Origin: an uncultured cyanobacterium
Lineage (GTDB): Bacteria; Cyanobacteriota; Cyanobacteriia; Pseudanabaenales; Pseudanabaenaceae
Assembly: GCA_963703315.1 (NCBI GenBank)
Contig: OY969811.1
Coordinates: 4,501,175 to 4,565,174, forward strand
DNA length: 64,000 nucleotides
Reading direction: 5' to 3'
Shown here: in pieces, positions 31,940 through 42,682 of the stretch
How positions within the stretch are numbered: position 1 is the stretch's first letter
How the letters are laid out: the number at the start of each line of letters is the position of its first letter
The notes under the pieces: generated by a model
The model's database searches: none
What the model was told of the DNA's origin: nothing
What the model saw: the letters and a program-made list of their open reading frames with translations, nothing else
Translations under genes and position numbers: made by a program

Positions 31940-33208
31940 ATGATAAAACAGCGTCGTCTTTGGTCTTGGCTCGTAATTAGTTTAGTCGCGATCGCCTTGC
32001 AGTTTTTCTGGATTGGTGGCGCAAATGCTGCGGTGACGGACTATTTACAAGAACAAAAATTTCTCACTAATGTTTGGCAAATTGTGAACCGTTCCTATGT
32101 GGACGCTGATTTTAATCATCAAAATTGGTACAAAGTGCGCCGCCAGTTTGTCAATCGTAAATTTAATAGCCGCGAAGATACCTATCAAGCCATTCGCGAA
32201 ATGCTGGCAACTTTGGACGATCCTTTTACTAGGCTGCTAGAACCAGATAAGTTTAAGAGTATGCAAACTAGTACATCAGGAGAATTAACAGGCGTAGGAT
32301 TGCAAATTGCCGTTGATGAACCTGATAACAATGTCACTGTGATTGCTCCGATTGAAGGTTCGCCTGCGGATATAGCAGGTGTGCGATCGCGCGATCGCAT
32401 TGTTGGCATTGATAACATTCCCACTAAGGGCTTAACCCTTGATGAATGTGCGAATAGAATGCGCGGCAAAATTGGCTCCGAAGTCAAGCTGACACTGGAA
32501 CGTCCCATTGCTGATAGTAAAGGGTTTGAGAAGTTGGATGTGGTGATTAAACGCGATCGCATAGCCGTTACTCCCATCATTGCCAAACTCAATCAAGAAG
32601 AGAAGCACAAAGTTGGCTATATTCGCTTAAATCAGTTCAATGGTAACGCTTCCGCAGATATGGAAAAAACTCTCAAAAAATTTAAAGCTGAAGGAGCCGA
32701 TCGCTATGTTCTCGATCTACGCGGTAATCCGGGGGGACTCTTTGATGCGGGGTTACAGATTGCGCGGATGTGGATTCCTGATGGCACTGTCGTTTATACA
32801 GTTGATCGTCATGGTGTCCAAGAGAGTTTTGAAGCGAAGGGTAATGCAATTACCACTGATCCCTTAGTGGTTCTCACCGATGGTGGTAGTGCTAGTGCTA
32901 GTGAAATCCTTGCTGGCGCATTACAAGAGAACGATCGCGCTCAACTGGTTGGCACAAAAACCTATGGTAAAGGCTTAATTCAATCGCTGTATGAATTGGA
33001 AGATGGTGCAGGTTTAGCGGTAACGATCGCCAAGTATGAGACTCCATTACATCACAATATCCATAAACGCGGCATCATTCCTAATGTAGAAGTCGCATTG
33101 ACAGAACCAATTACTCGTAAACAACTAGGCACAAAGGAAGATCCTCAATATGTTGCGGCTCTCTCAGTTTTAGATGGAACTTCTAACCACGTAATTGCCA
33201 AATCTTAG
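31940..33208 (+). CDS. ctpA: C-terminal processing peptidase S41 (CtpA type)
   Basis: PDZ domain, DLRGNPGG, SASASEI, TYGKGLIQ; paralogue identity not certain. Confidence 0.85.
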   Translation: MIKQRRLWSWLVISLVAIALQFFWIGGANAAVTDYLQEQKFLTNVWQIVNRSYVDADFNHQNWYKVRRQFVNRKFNSREDTYQAIREMLATLDDPFTRLLEPDKFKSMQTSTSGELTGVGLQIAVDEPDNNVTVIAPIEGSPADIAGVRSRDRIVGIDNIPTKGLTLDECANRMRGKIGSEVKLTLERPIADSKGFEKLDVVIKRDRIAVTPIIAKLNQEEKHKVGYIRLNQFNGNASADMEKTLKKFKAEGADRYVLDLRGNPGGLFDAGLQIARMWIPDGTVVYTVDRHGVQESFEAKGNAITTDPLVVLTDGGSASASEILAGALQENDRAQLVGTKTYGKGLIQSLYELEDGAGLAVTIAKYETPLHHNIHKRGIIPNVEVALTEPITRKQLGTKEDPQYVAALSVLDGTSNHVIAKS

Positions 33209-33229
33209 CTATACATCAAAGTTTAAAAT

Positions 33230-33379
33230 GTAGGATGCGTTAGTGCAACGTAACGCATCCATTAGGCATAGATGATGGGTTACGTTGCACTAACGCATCC
33301 CCTAAACTCAACAATCCAAGACAGCCGCCTATCTTGGAAGGCATAGATGATGGGTTACGCTATCGCTAACCCATCCTAC
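33230..33379. repeat. GTAG-type REP cluster (REPIN-like; three REP units)
   Basis: GTAGGATGCGTTAG...GTAACGCATC (+), inverted copy 33274-33303, third inverted copy ending CCATCCTAC at 33379. Confidence 0.75.
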
Positions 33380-33412
33380 GTTTGATTCCGACAACTTACT
33401 GTTGCCTTGAAG

Positions 33413-34042
33413 CTAAGATTGTAAGGTCAATTGTCCAAATCGCTTTAAAATTCGCAGGACATCATAGAGAGCATTACCACGATTAAACAAGAAAAAACTA
33501 TCAGATAGTCCGTACTGTGGAGTTTCACCTCTAGTCACTTTTACAAATAGAGAATGATCACCACTGGTAATTAAGCCAAATACAGGTTTTTCTGGATGGG
33601 GGGAAGTTACCATGTAGGTAAGGATTTGCGGCAAGGCTTCCATTACATTAAATTTAGCGAGTTTTGATTCGATCACTGCAATCCAAAATTTGCCTTGGAC
33701 AACTAAAATATCAATCTGTCCCTTAATTATTTCATCGTCTTCTTCTACCGAAATTTCGATCGCTTCTTCGGCTCTGACTAAAAAAGGCGGATCATAAAAA
33801 CCAGCTAGTTCTAGCAATGGCGACAAAACCAACATCTTTACGACCACTTCCAGCATGGGACGTTTGGATAGATACAGATAATGGGTTTTAACCTGATCTA
33901 ATCTTTGTCGATCTTGATCGCTAATTTCAGGTAAGTCGTCAATCCATTCTCTGAAAAATTGCTCATTATCTGTAAATCGCAAGTTAAACTTACTTTCTAC
34001 ATCATAAAGATTAAGTTTTGAAGCATAGAGAGTCTGTGTCAT
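33413..34042 (-). CDS. HsdR N-terminal-like PD-(D/E)xK protein (cyanobacterial 'restriction endonuclease subunit R')
   Basis: LSPLLELAGFYDPPF, GQIDILV..IESK, FGLITSG; likely start ATG 34042. Confidence 0.7.
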   Translation of the reverse strand: MTQTLYASKLNLYDVESKFNLRFTDNEQFFREWIDDLPEISDQDRQRLDQVKTHYLYLSKRPMLEVVVKMLVLSPLLELAGFYDPPFLVRAEEAIEISVEEDDEIIKGQIDILVVQGKFWIAVIESKLAKFNVMEALPQILTYMVTSPHPEKPVFGLITSGDHSLFVKVTRGETPQYGLSDSFFLFNRGNALYDVLRILKRFGQLTLQS

Positions 34043-34096
34043 ATTTCTGCTCTTTCTTGTAGAAACAAGGAAGCTTAAGCTTCTTCGTTTCATTTT

Positions 34097-34200
34097 ATAG
34101 CAGTTTTCGATCAAAAAAACACAAGCAAAATTTTAAAAGCCTTGCAAAGCAAGGCTTTTAAAATTTTGCTTGGTTTGGGTTTGAGCGCAAAGCGCTGTAA
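34097..34200. repeat. Dispersed palindromic element (GAGCGCAAAGCGCTGTAA family)
   Basis: Inner stem CAAGCAAAATTTTAAAAGCCTTGC-AAA-GCAAGGCTTTTAAAATTTTGCTTG. Confidence 0.75.
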
Positions 34201-34201
34201 A

Positions 34202-36922
34202 CTACTTGCCTTGCAACTGAGCTAAACGAGCTTTGAGAATCTCTTGCTGTTTTAGTGATTCTTCCAATTCAGCGCGAGCTGTTGCCACAACTTCAGGTGG
34301 TGCTTTCTTGACATAGCCTTCATTGTTTAAACGACCTTGCGTAGAGGCGATCGCTCCTTCAAGTTTTTTGAGTGTGCGCTCTAATTTCGCAATCAGTTGA
34401 TTGATATCAACCACGCCGACTAGAGAGACGATCGCCTGTACAGTGCCGACTACACCAGCGATCGCCTCTTCCGTTGCGGACTCATCGACCGCAGCCACAA
34501 CTTCTAAATCTTCCACTCTCGCCAAGTCAAGAATATAGCTTTTACCTGCTTCTAACAGACTGCGTTCGCGATCGCTGTCGGACTGCAAAATCGCTTTCAC
34601 CTTAACACTAGGCTTAATCTCCGCTTCCGCCCGCAAATTGCGAATGGTGCGAATCGTGCCGATTAACAGATTAAACTGCTCTTCTAGTTCCGTATTAATA
34701 TGTGCTGTGTCAATTTCAGGATAGGACTGAATGGCAAGCACAGGGCGATCGCTTGATGGTTCACTCGTGCCGTAGGTGAGCAATTGCCAAATCTCCTCAG
34801 TTACGTGGGGTGTAAAGGGATGTAATAAGCGCAAAATGCCATCAAGGACAAAGGCGAGAGTTTGCTGTACGGTAGTGCGGGAAATTGGATCGGCAGTTTC
34901 CTGTAAACGCGATTTGACTAGTTCAATATACCAATCACAAAAGTCGCCCCAGAAGAATTCATAGAGACTTCTCGTTGCCTCACCTAAGCTATAGCTATCA
35001 AGTTGTTCTCGCACTTGCAAGACTGTTTGAGCATAGCGTGACAAAATCCAGCGATCGGCGAGTTCTAAATTCTCAATTGCCAGATTTTCAGCACGATTTT
35101 CTAAACCAGAGATATTCGTAATCACAAATCGAGAAGCATTCCACAGCTTATTAGCAAAGTTCCGTGCCGTCTCTACAGTTGTCGATTCATCAGTTTTACG
35201 ATTGTAATCCAGACGAATATCCTGACCTGCACCCGTCACTTCTTTAACTAAGGAATAACGCAACGCATCAACGCCGTATTTATTAATTAGAACTAGGGGA
35301 TCAATGCCATTATTCTTAGATTTTGACATCTTCTGGTTATTTTCATCCCGCACTAGTCCATGAATATAGACCGTATGGAATGGCATTTTGCCCGTGAAAT
35401 ATCCTGCCATCATCGTCATCCGCGCCACCCAGAAAAAGATAATGTCAAAGCCAGTAACTAGAACACTGTTAGGATAAAAAGTTTCAAAATCCTGTGTTGG
35501 TTCTGGCCAGCCCAAAGTCGAAAATGGCCATAATCCCGACGAGAACCATGTATCTAGTACATCAGGATCACGTTCGAGAGTTACATCTGTACCAAATTTT
35601 GACCGAGCTTGTTGATAAGCTTCTGCTTCAGTACGAGCCACAAAAATTGTGCCATCGGGTGCATACCACGCAGGAATCTGATGTCCCCACCAGAGTTGAC
35701 GGGAAATACACCAATCCTTGAGGCGAATTAGCCAATCGCGATAGACTTTACCCCAGCGATCGGGGACAAAAGTAGGTGAATTCTGTTTGTCAAATTGTTC
35801 CAATGCAAAATCTGATAATGGTTTAATCTTCACAAACCATTGAATCGATAGCAAAGGCTCGACGGGAACTTTACCGCGCTCAGAATAGGGGACGCTGTGG
35901 GTATAGTCTTCAATTTTTTCCAATAAGCCCAGTTCTTCTAACTTTGCCACAACATTCTTTCTAGCGACAAAGCGATCTTGACCTTGGAACTCACCGCCAT
36001 TCTCATTGATCGAGCCATCTTTATTCAGAATATTAATTAAGGGCAGGTTGTGCCTCTGTCCCATTTCAAAATCATTAGGATCATGGGCAGGTGTGATTTT
36101 GACGCAACCACTTCCAAAAGCTTTGTCAACATATTGATCGGCAATAATGGGAATCTCACGATTCATAATTGGTAAGAGAATCGTTTTACCAATCAAATGT
36201 TTGTAGCGATCGTCTTCAGGATTAACAGCTACCGCCGTATCCCCCAGCATCGTCTCTGGGCGTGTGGTGGCAACCACTAAATGTCCGCTACCATCGGCTA
36301 AAGGATAGCGAAAATTCCACAGATGACCGTTAACTTCTTTACTATCAACTTCAAGATCAGATACGGCGGACTGAGATTCTGGACACCAGTTAACCAGATA
36401 TTCGCCACGATAAATTAAACCTGCTTCATAGAGTTTGACAAAGGCTTCGGTGACAGAATTAGATAGCCCTTCATCCATCGTGAAGCGTTCTCTTGTCCAG
36501 TCGGCAGATACCCCCAAGCGGCGCAATTGGGAAACAATCGTACCTTCTGATTTCGCTTTCCATTGCCAAGCCCGTTCTAGAAATTTCTCGCGTCCAATCT
36601 CTTGATTGGTTTTGCCTTCAGCTTTGATTTGTTTGTCGAGAATCGTCTGTACAGCGATGCTGGCATGATCTGTCCCCGGCAGCCAGAGCGTATTGCAGCC
36701 ACGCATACGGTGATAACGAATCAAAATATCAATCAAGACTTCTTGAAAGGCATGACCCATGTGTAAACTACCCGTGACATTGGGAGGCGGGATCATGATA
36801 CAGTAAGGCTCTTTGTCACTTTGACTAGCTGCTACAAATACGCCACTTTCCTCCCAATATTTTTGCCATTTGGCTTCAGATTCGAGAGGATTATATTGTT
36901 TCGGAAGTTCGGTCGTACTCAT
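34202..36922 (-). CDS. valS: Valine--tRNA ligase
   Basis: [30 protein letters not shown]. Confidence 0.97.
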   Translation of the reverse strand: MSTTELPKQYNPLESEAKWQKYWEESGVFVAASQSDKEPYCIMIPPPNVTGSLHMGHAFQEVLIDILIRYHRMRGCNTLWLPGTDHASIAVQTILDKQIKAEGKTNQEIGREKFLERAWQWKAKSEGTIVSQLRRLGVSADWTRERFTMDEGLSNSVTEAFVKLYEAGLIYRGEYLVNWCPESQSAVSDLEVDSKEVNGHLWNFRYPLADGSGHLVVATTRPETMLGDTAVAVNPEDDRYKHLIGKTILLPIMNREIPIIADQYVDKAFGSGCVKITPAHDPNDFEMGQRHNLPLINILNKDGSINENGGEFQGQDRFVARKNVVAKLEELGLLEKIEDYTHSVPYSERGKVPVEPLLSIQWFVKIKPLSDFALEQFDKQNSPTFVPDRWGKVYRDWLIRLKDWCISRQLWWGHQIPAWYAPDGTIFVARTEAEAYQQARSKFGTDVTLERDPDVLDTWFSSGLWPFSTLGWPEPTQDFETFYPNSVLVTGFDIIFFWVARMTMMAGYFTGKMPFHTVYIHGLVRDENNQKMSKSKNNGIDPLVLINKYGVDALRYSLVKEVTGAGQDIRLDYNRKTDESTTVETARNFANKLWNASRFVITNISGLENRAENLAIENLELADRWILSRYAQTVLQVREQLDSYSLGEATRSLYEFFWGDFCDWYIELVKSRLQETADPISRTTVQQTLAFVLDGILRLLHPFTPHVTEEIWQLLTYGTSEPSSDRPVLAIQSYPEIDTAHINTELEEQFNLLIGTIRTIRNLRAEAEIKPSVKVKAILQSDSDRERSLLEAGKSYILDLARVEDLEVVAAVDESATEEAIAGVVGTVQAIVSLVGVVDINQLIAKLERTLKKLEGAIASTQGRLNNEGYVKKAPPEVVATARAELEESLKQQEILKARLAQLQGK

Positions 36923-37089
36923 AGCGGGTTACTTAAAATTACTTAAAGAATTATTCAGGTTAGTTGAAGGCTATATTTAGCTTATATCTTAAGTTTATAT
37001 TTGCGTTAGAGACATACAGTAAAATAAAGAACCGATTTTTAGTGGCGCGGCAAAGCCACACCACTAAAAGTTTAAATCGTAGAAACCTT

Positions 37090-38259
37090 ATGTTTGTAAT
37101 TCCTTTAGCATGGTTACAACTTACTTATCAAAAGGGGCGACTAGCGATCGCGATCGCAGGGATCATGTTTGCGGTAATTTTGATCGCCATGCAGTTAGGT
37201 TTTCAAGAAGCCCTGTTTAAAAGTGCCGTACTGTTACACCTTAACTTGCGTAGTGATTTAGTCCTGATTCATCCCAGCTCGAACAATTTACTCAATCTAA
37301 GACAATTTTCACGCCGCCGTTTACATCAAGCGGCTGGATTTACAGGGGTCAAATCGGTTTACCCAGTATATGTTGGTCTAGCTGTGTGGAATGCAACGGA
37401 GCTGGGCGTAAAGGAAGATATTTTAGCGATCGGCGTTTCCCCCCAATCCAATCCATTTCTATTTCCTAATATCAAACCAGATTTAGATAAAACTTTATTA
37501 CCTGATATTGTTCTGTTTGATCGTGGCTCAAGGGAAGATTTTTATGGCTCAGTGGCTGCTGAATATGAAGCAGCGATCGCTCAAGGTAAAATCCTCACCA
37601 AAGAAGTTTCTAACCGCGCCATTACGATCGGCGGAATATTTACGATGGGAGTATCTTTTGCGGCTAACGGCACATTGATTACCAGTGAGCAAAACTTCTT
37701 AAGAATTTTCCCCGATCGCCCCGTTGGAAATATTAGCTTAGGCTTAGTGCAATTAGAAAAAAGTGCAAATGCGATCGCTGTTCGTGATGCGATGCGATCG
37801 CAGTTAGACCAAGATATAAAGATATTGACTAGACAAGAATTTATTGATTTAGAGCTAAATTATTGGTCTGAAGCAACCCCAATCGGTTTTATCTTTGGCT
37901 TAGGTGTGACCATGGGCTTTATTGTTGGTGTCGTTATTGTCTACCAAGTTTTATATAAAGATGTGTCCGATCATCTAGCTGAATATGCCACCCTTAAGGC
38001 AATGGGCTACAGCAACTTTTATTTGTTTAGACTAGTTTTACAAGAATCCTTGCTGTTATCTCTATGTGGATTTGTGCCAGCCCTGTTAGTTTGTGCAATT
38101 CTTTATAATCTGACCCAAATTGCTACAGGTTTGTTAATGGAACTAAATAGTGATCGCATTGTGCAGTTATTTTTATTAACAATTTCAATGTGTGCTATTT
38201 CTGGCACTCTCTCTCTTCGCAAAGTCCAAACTGCCGATCCTGCGGAAATATTTGAATAA
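37090..38259 (+). CDS. DevC-type ABC exporter permease (FtsX-like)
   Basis: IPLAWLQL, MQLGFQ, VIVYQVLY.DV..HLAEYATLKAMG, ADPAEIF; start ATG 37090. Confidence 0.85.
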   Translation: MFVIPLAWLQLTYQKGRLAIAIAGIMFAVILIAMQLGFQEALFKSAVLLHLNLRSDLVLIHPSSNNLLNLRQFSRRRLHQAAGFTGVKSVYPVYVGLAVWNATELGVKEDILAIGVSPQSNPFLFPNIKPDLDKTLLPDIVLFDRGSREDFYGSVAAEYEAAIAQGKILTKEVSNRAITIGGIFTMGVSFAANGTLITSEQNFLRIFPDRPVGNISLGLVQLEKSANAIAVRDAMRSQLDQDIKILTRQEFIDLELNYWSEATPIGFIFGLGVTMGFIVGVVIVYQVLYKDVSDHLAEYATLKAMGYSNFYLFRLVLQESLLLSLCGFVPALLVCAILYNLTQIATGLLMELNSDRIVQLFLLTISMCAISGTLSLRKVQTADPAEIFE

Positions 38260-38505
38260 ATATTTGAATAGATGTGCAATCTCTTCTCAAATAATTTCAT
38301 CACAAGGCGATCGCTTATAGTTGATATCGAGATTAAAATAAATTGAGATGAATGATTGCAGGAGTGTTGACTTATTTTAAGCTTTTTGCCCAAATAAATG
38401 AATGTGGTGCAATTCGCCACATTCATTTATTTGAGGTGCAAAATCAAGCATAGGTGCGTAACATTTAGTTACAATAGATTACTGACCAATTGCCAAGCAA
38501 ACCCT

Positions 38506-40023
38506 ATGCCCCGTGACCTGCGATCCTTTCTTAATCTGCTTGAAGAGCGTAAACAACTACATCGCGTCAAAGCCCTAGTTGATCCTGAATTAGAGATTGC
38601 TGAGATTAGTAATCGGCTTTTGCAATCAGGGGGACCAGCATTGCTATTTGAGAATGTGAAGGGTTATAACACACCAGTTGCGGTGAACTTATTGGGAACA
38701 GTAGAGCGCGTCTGCTGGGCAATGGGGATGAAAGAGCAGTCGGAATTAGAAGCGCTTGGGGTGAAATTGGGCAAGCTGCAAAGTCCGAAACCACCGAAAA
38801 AAATTTCTCAGGCGATCGAGTTTGGCAAGATTCTCTTTGATGTCGTCAAGTCTCGTCCGCAAAAGGTTCTCTTTGGGAATGCACCTTGTCAGGAAGTCGT
38901 GTTGCAAGGAGATGATGTAGATCTCGATCAAATTCCAATTCTGCGTCCCTATCCTAAGGATGGTGGGCGGGCGGTAACGTTGGCGCTGGTGATTACTAAA
39001 GATGTGGAGAATGGCATTCCTAATGTTGGTGTCTATCGCTTGCAGCAGCAGTCTAAAAATACGATGACGGTGCAATGGTTGTCAGTGCGTGGCGGGGCAA
39101 GGCATTTACGCAAGGCAACTGAGGCGGGGAAGAAACTGGAAATTGCGATCGCGATCGGTGTTGATCCAGTGCTAATTATGGCGGCGGCAACTCCGATTCC
39201 TGTGGATTTATCGGAATGGATTTTTGCGGGACTCTATGGCAATGAAGGCGTACAACTTACTAAATGTAAAACCCTTGATTTGGAAGTTCCTGCCTGTGCC
39301 GAATATATTTTAGAAGGAACGATTACGCCCCATGAAGTCGGAACTGATGGACCTTTTGGCGATCACATGGGCTATTACGGCGGCATTAATGAGCAAGCAC
39401 CCTTGCTGCGATTCCATTGCATGACCCATCGCAAAGATCCGATTTATCTCACCACTTTTAGTGGTTTGCCTCCCAAGGAAGAAGCAATGATGGCGATCGC
39501 TTTAAATCGCATTTACACACCAATCCTGCGACAACAGGTTTCGGAAATTACCGACTTCTTTTTACCGATGGAGGCTCTATCTTATAAAGCCGCAATCATC
39601 TCTATTAAAAAGGCTTACCCTGGACAAGCAAGACGGGCTGCCCTCGCTTTTTGGAGTGCCTTACCTCAATTTACCTATACCAAATTTGTGATTGTGGTTG
39701 ACCACACGATTAATATTCGTGATCCGCGCATGGTCGTCTGGGCGCTTAGTTCTAAGGTTGACCCTACTCGTGATGTGTTTATTCTGCCCGATAATCCCTT
39801 TGATTCTCTAGATTTTGCCTGTGAGAAGGAAGGTTTGGGCGGAAGGATGGGGATTGATGCGACTACCAAAATCTATCCTGAAACCGATCGCGATTGGGGC
39901 GATCCTTTAGAAAGTGATCCTGCTGTTGCCGAGATGGTAACTCGACGATGGGCGGAGTATGGCTTGGCTGATCTGAAGCTTGATGGAGCCGATCCAAATT
40001 TATTTGGTTATGACATCCATTAG
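38506..40023 (+). CDS. ubiD: UbiD family decarboxylase
   Basis: DLRSFL, GPALLFENV, DGPFGDHMGYY, GRMGIDAT; start ATG 38506. Confidence 0.9.
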   Translation: MPRDLRSFLNLLEERKQLHRVKALVDPELEIAEISNRLLQSGGPALLFENVKGYNTPVAVNLLGTVERVCWAMGMKEQSELEALGVKLGKLQSPKPPKKISQAIEFGKILFDVVKSRPQKVLFGNAPCQEVVLQGDDVDLDQIPILRPYPKDGGRAVTLALVITKDVENGIPNVGVYRLQQQSKNTMTVQWLSVRGGARHLRKATEAGKKLEIAIAIGVDPVLIMAAATPIPVDLSEWIFAGLYGNEGVQLTKCKTLDLEVPACAEYILEGTITPHEVGTDGPFGDHMGYYGGINEQAPLLRFHCMTHRKDPIYLTTFSGLPPKEEAMMAIALNRIYTPILRQQVSEITDFFLPMEALSYKAAIISIKKAYPGQARRAALAFWSALPQFTYTKFVIVVDHTINIRDPRMVVWALSSKVDPTRDVFILPDNPFDSLDFACEKEGLGGRMGIDATTKIYPETDRDWGDPLESDPAVAEMVTRRWAEYGLADLKLDGADPNLFGYDIH

Positions 40024-40059
40024 ATCTTTAGTTAACAAGGGTCTTCAGACCCTTGTTAA

Positions 40060-41358
40060 CTAAAGATCTTGTAGCCTTAATCTTACTGAATCTCCGTGAG
40101 AGGGTAAACCTTCGGCGGCGGTGAGTGAGGCGATCGCCCCTGATACTTCTTTTAGGGCTTCGGGACTGTACTGAATCAAACTGGAATGCTTTAAAAATGT
40201 CTCGACCCCCAGCGCTGAGGAATACCTTGCCCCACCACAGGTCGGCAAAGTATGGTTAGGACCTGCCAGATAATCTCCTACGGCTTCAGGTGTAGAATGT
40301 CCGAGGAAGATTGCACCTGCATGACGGATCTGCTCGACTAGTTGCCAAGGCTCTTCCACTTCTAATTCGAGGTGTTCTGGTGCAAATTGATTAGAGAGTT
40401 CGGCGGCAGTTTTGAGGCTATCGACGACGACAATTAAGCCATAGTGGGCGATCGCTTTCTCCGTCATCAAACGGCGCGGATGATTTTCCAGCATCCGATT
40501 CACTTCTTCGGAAACTCGATTAGCCAAACGGGAATCATTGGTAATTAGAATTGAGGCTGCCATCTGGTCATGTTCGGCTTGAGCCAGCATATCTGCCGCT
40601 ACATAGGTAGGATTTGCACTGGCATCGGCAATGATCAGCACCTCAGAAGGTCCTGCGATCGAGTCGATACCTACGCGCCCAAATACTTGTTTTTTGGCAA
40701 GGGTGACATAAATATTGCCCGGTCCTGTGATCACATCGACTTTAGGAATGGTTTCTGTACCATAGGCTAAAGCAGCGATCGCCTGCGCCCCACCGACGCG
40801 ATAAATTTCTTCCACACCCGCTACCTGTGCTGCCACCAAAATCGCAGGATTCATGGTGCGATCTTGTCCGGGAGGCGTAACCATGACAATCTTTTTCACC
40901 CCTGCAACTTTGGCAGGTACAGCATTCATCAAAACTGTACTGGGATAGGCTGCTTTCCCCCCCGGAATGTAAATACCCGCAGCATCGACAGGTGTATAGC
41001 GCTTGCCTAGCACCACATTCTTGTCCGCAAAATGTACCCAACTTTTCGGCACACGCATTTTATGAAACTCTTCAATGCGCTTGTGAGCCATTTCGATCGC
41101 TTTTAGCAAATCACTATTGACTTGCTGATAGGCAGCATCTAGTTCTGATCCACTGACCCGCAACTCAGCCGCCGTAAAGTCTTGCTGATCAAACTCAGAC
41201 GTGTAGTGCAGGAGAGCCGTATCGCCCTTACGTCTGACCGTTTGAATGATTTCGGTGACGGTGGCTTCTTTGTGGATCATCTGATCATCATAGATGCGAT
41301 CGCAAATCCGCTTGATTTCGGATTCTGCTTCAGTTCTCTGGGTGACAATTCGTAGCAT
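40060..41358 (-). CDS. hisD: Histidinol dehydrogenase
   Basis: YIPGGKAAYPS, GPGNIYV, AQAEHD, APEHLEL, GPNHTLPT. Confidence 0.96.
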   Translation of the reverse strand: MLRIVTQRTEAESEIKRICDRIYDDQMIHKEATVTEIIQTVRRKGDTALLHYTSEFDQQDFTAAELRVSGSELDAAYQQVNSDLLKAIEMAHKRIEEFHKMRVPKSWVHFADKNVVLGKRYTPVDAAGIYIPGGKAAYPSTVLMNAVPAKVAGVKKIVMVTPPGQDRTMNPAILVAAQVAGVEEIYRVGGAQAIAALAYGTETIPKVDVITGPGNIYVTLAKKQVFGRVGIDSIAGPSEVLIIADASANPTYVAADMLAQAEHDQMAASILITNDSRLANRVSEEVNRMLENHPRRLMTEKAIAHYGLIVVVDSLKTAAELSNQFAPEHLELEVEEPWQLVEQIRHAGAIFLGHSTPEAVGDYLAGPNHTLPTCGGARYSSALGVETFLKHSSLIQYSPEALKEVSGAIASLTAAEGLPSHGDSVRLRLQDL

Positions 41359-41490
41359 AGATTGTGACGTAAGAAGCGATGATTAATCCTAGCTTAACCT
41401 GTATTCTCGTAAGTTGTGTAAGCTAAAGCTGAAAAAGGACGTTTGTTCCATAAGTTTACGAGATCGCCTTATCCACACAGTCAAAAAACT

Positions 41491-42585
41491 ATGAGCGAGT
41501 ACCAATCAAATCACGCACGCCCAATTCATGGGGGAAATCGGCAATGGGCGGCGAGTCTGGCGGGTATATCACCAGAACAAATCTTAGATTTTTCGGCAAG
41601 CATTAACCCCCTTGGTGTCCCTAAATCTGCGATCACCGCGATCCAGTCTCACTTAACCGATCTAAGTCACTATCCTGATCCCGAATATACCTTGCTTAGA
41701 GAGGCGATCGGCAAATTTCATCAGCTATCACCAGAGTGGATTTTGGCTGGTAACGGTGTGGCGGAGCTATTAACTTGGGTGGGGCGAGATCTTTCCCAAT
41801 TATCGGCAACGGTGCTATTTACACCTGCTTTTACTGATTACGATCGCGCTCTGAAAACTTTTGATTGTCACGTCGAAAGGTATCCCCTTCTATTGCAAAA
41901 TCAAAAGGTGAGTTTAAATCCAGAACTTCCAGAAATTACTAATTCCCATCGTAAAGGAATTTTAATCAATAATCCCCATAATCCCACAGGATATTTATTT
42001 TCTAGAGATAGTCTTTTGCCTTATTTGGAGAGGTTTGCGCTGGTAGTAATTGATGAAGCCTTTATGGATTTTTTGACACCAGATCAACAACAAAGTTTAA
42101 TCGATTTAGTTCCATCGCATCCTAATCTAGTAATTTTGCGATCGCTTACCAAGTTTTACAGTTTACCTGCGCTCAGACTTGGCTATGCGATCGCCCATCC
42201 CGAACGGTTACAGCGTTGGCAAGCATGGCGCGATCCTTGGTGTGTGAATAGTTTAGCTGTTGCCGCAGGAATTGCCGTACTTGAAGATGTGGAATTTCAG
42301 CAACAAACATGGACTTGGTTAAAGCGTGCCAAATCACAACTATTTACAGGCTTATCGAAAATATCAGGTTTAAATCCATTACCAAATGCTGCAAATTATT
42401 TACTAGTGCAAACAGAAATAGCAGGTTCCATTTTACAAAAAGAACTATTGCAAAAGCATCAAATCCTCATTCGTGATTGTCTCAGTTTTCCTGAATTAGG
42501 CGATCGCTACTTTCGAGTTGCTGTACGCCTAGAAAGCGAAAATCAACGCTTGATCGAAGCATTACAGAAATTTGCGCTGACTTGA
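41491..42585 (+). CDS. cobD: Threonine-phosphate decarboxylase (class I/II PLP aminotransferase fold)
   Basis: HGGN, DFSASINPLG, NNPHNPTG, DEAFMDF, RSLTKFYSLPALRLGY. Confidence 0.85.
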   Translation: MSEYQSNHARPIHGGNRQWAASLAGISPEQILDFSASINPLGVPKSAITAIQSHLTDLSHYPDPEYTLLREAIGKFHQLSPEWILAGNGVAELLTWVGRDLSQLSATVLFTPAFTDYDRALKTFDCHVERYPLLLQNQKVSLNPELPEITNSHRKGILINNPHNPTGYLFSRDSLLPYLERFALVVIDEAFMDFLTPDQQQSLIDLVPSHPNLVILRSLTKFYSLPALRLGYAIAHPERLQRWQAWRDPWCVNSLAVAAGIAVLEDVEFQQQTWTWLKRAKSQLFTGLSKISGLNPLPNAANYLLVQTEIAGSILQKELLQKHQILIRDCLSFPELGDRYFRVAVRLESENQRLIEALQKFALT

Positions 42586-42592
42586 AAACCAG

Positions 42593-42672
42593 AAAAAACT
42601 ATGAAAGCGCGGCGAAGCCGCGCTTTCATAGTTTTTTCAAATCCCAATAAACAAGGGGCTTAAGCCCCTTGT
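42593..42672. terminator. Two hairpins between convergent cobD and infB
   Basis: AAAAAACTATGAAAGCGCGGC-GAA-GCCGCGCTTTCATAGTTTTTT and ACAAGGGGCTTAAGCCCCTTGT. Confidence 0.6.
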
Positions 42673-42682
42673 CTGTAATTTA

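Noticed and set aside
33413..34042. Type I restriction-modification system
   Set aside because: Only a short HsdR-N-like protein; no hsdM, hsdS or helicase domain nearby.
38247..38271. Short tandem duplications at gene boundaries (also ~49224 and ~54969)
   Set aside because: Only 11-13 nt and two copies each; most simply explained by slippage.
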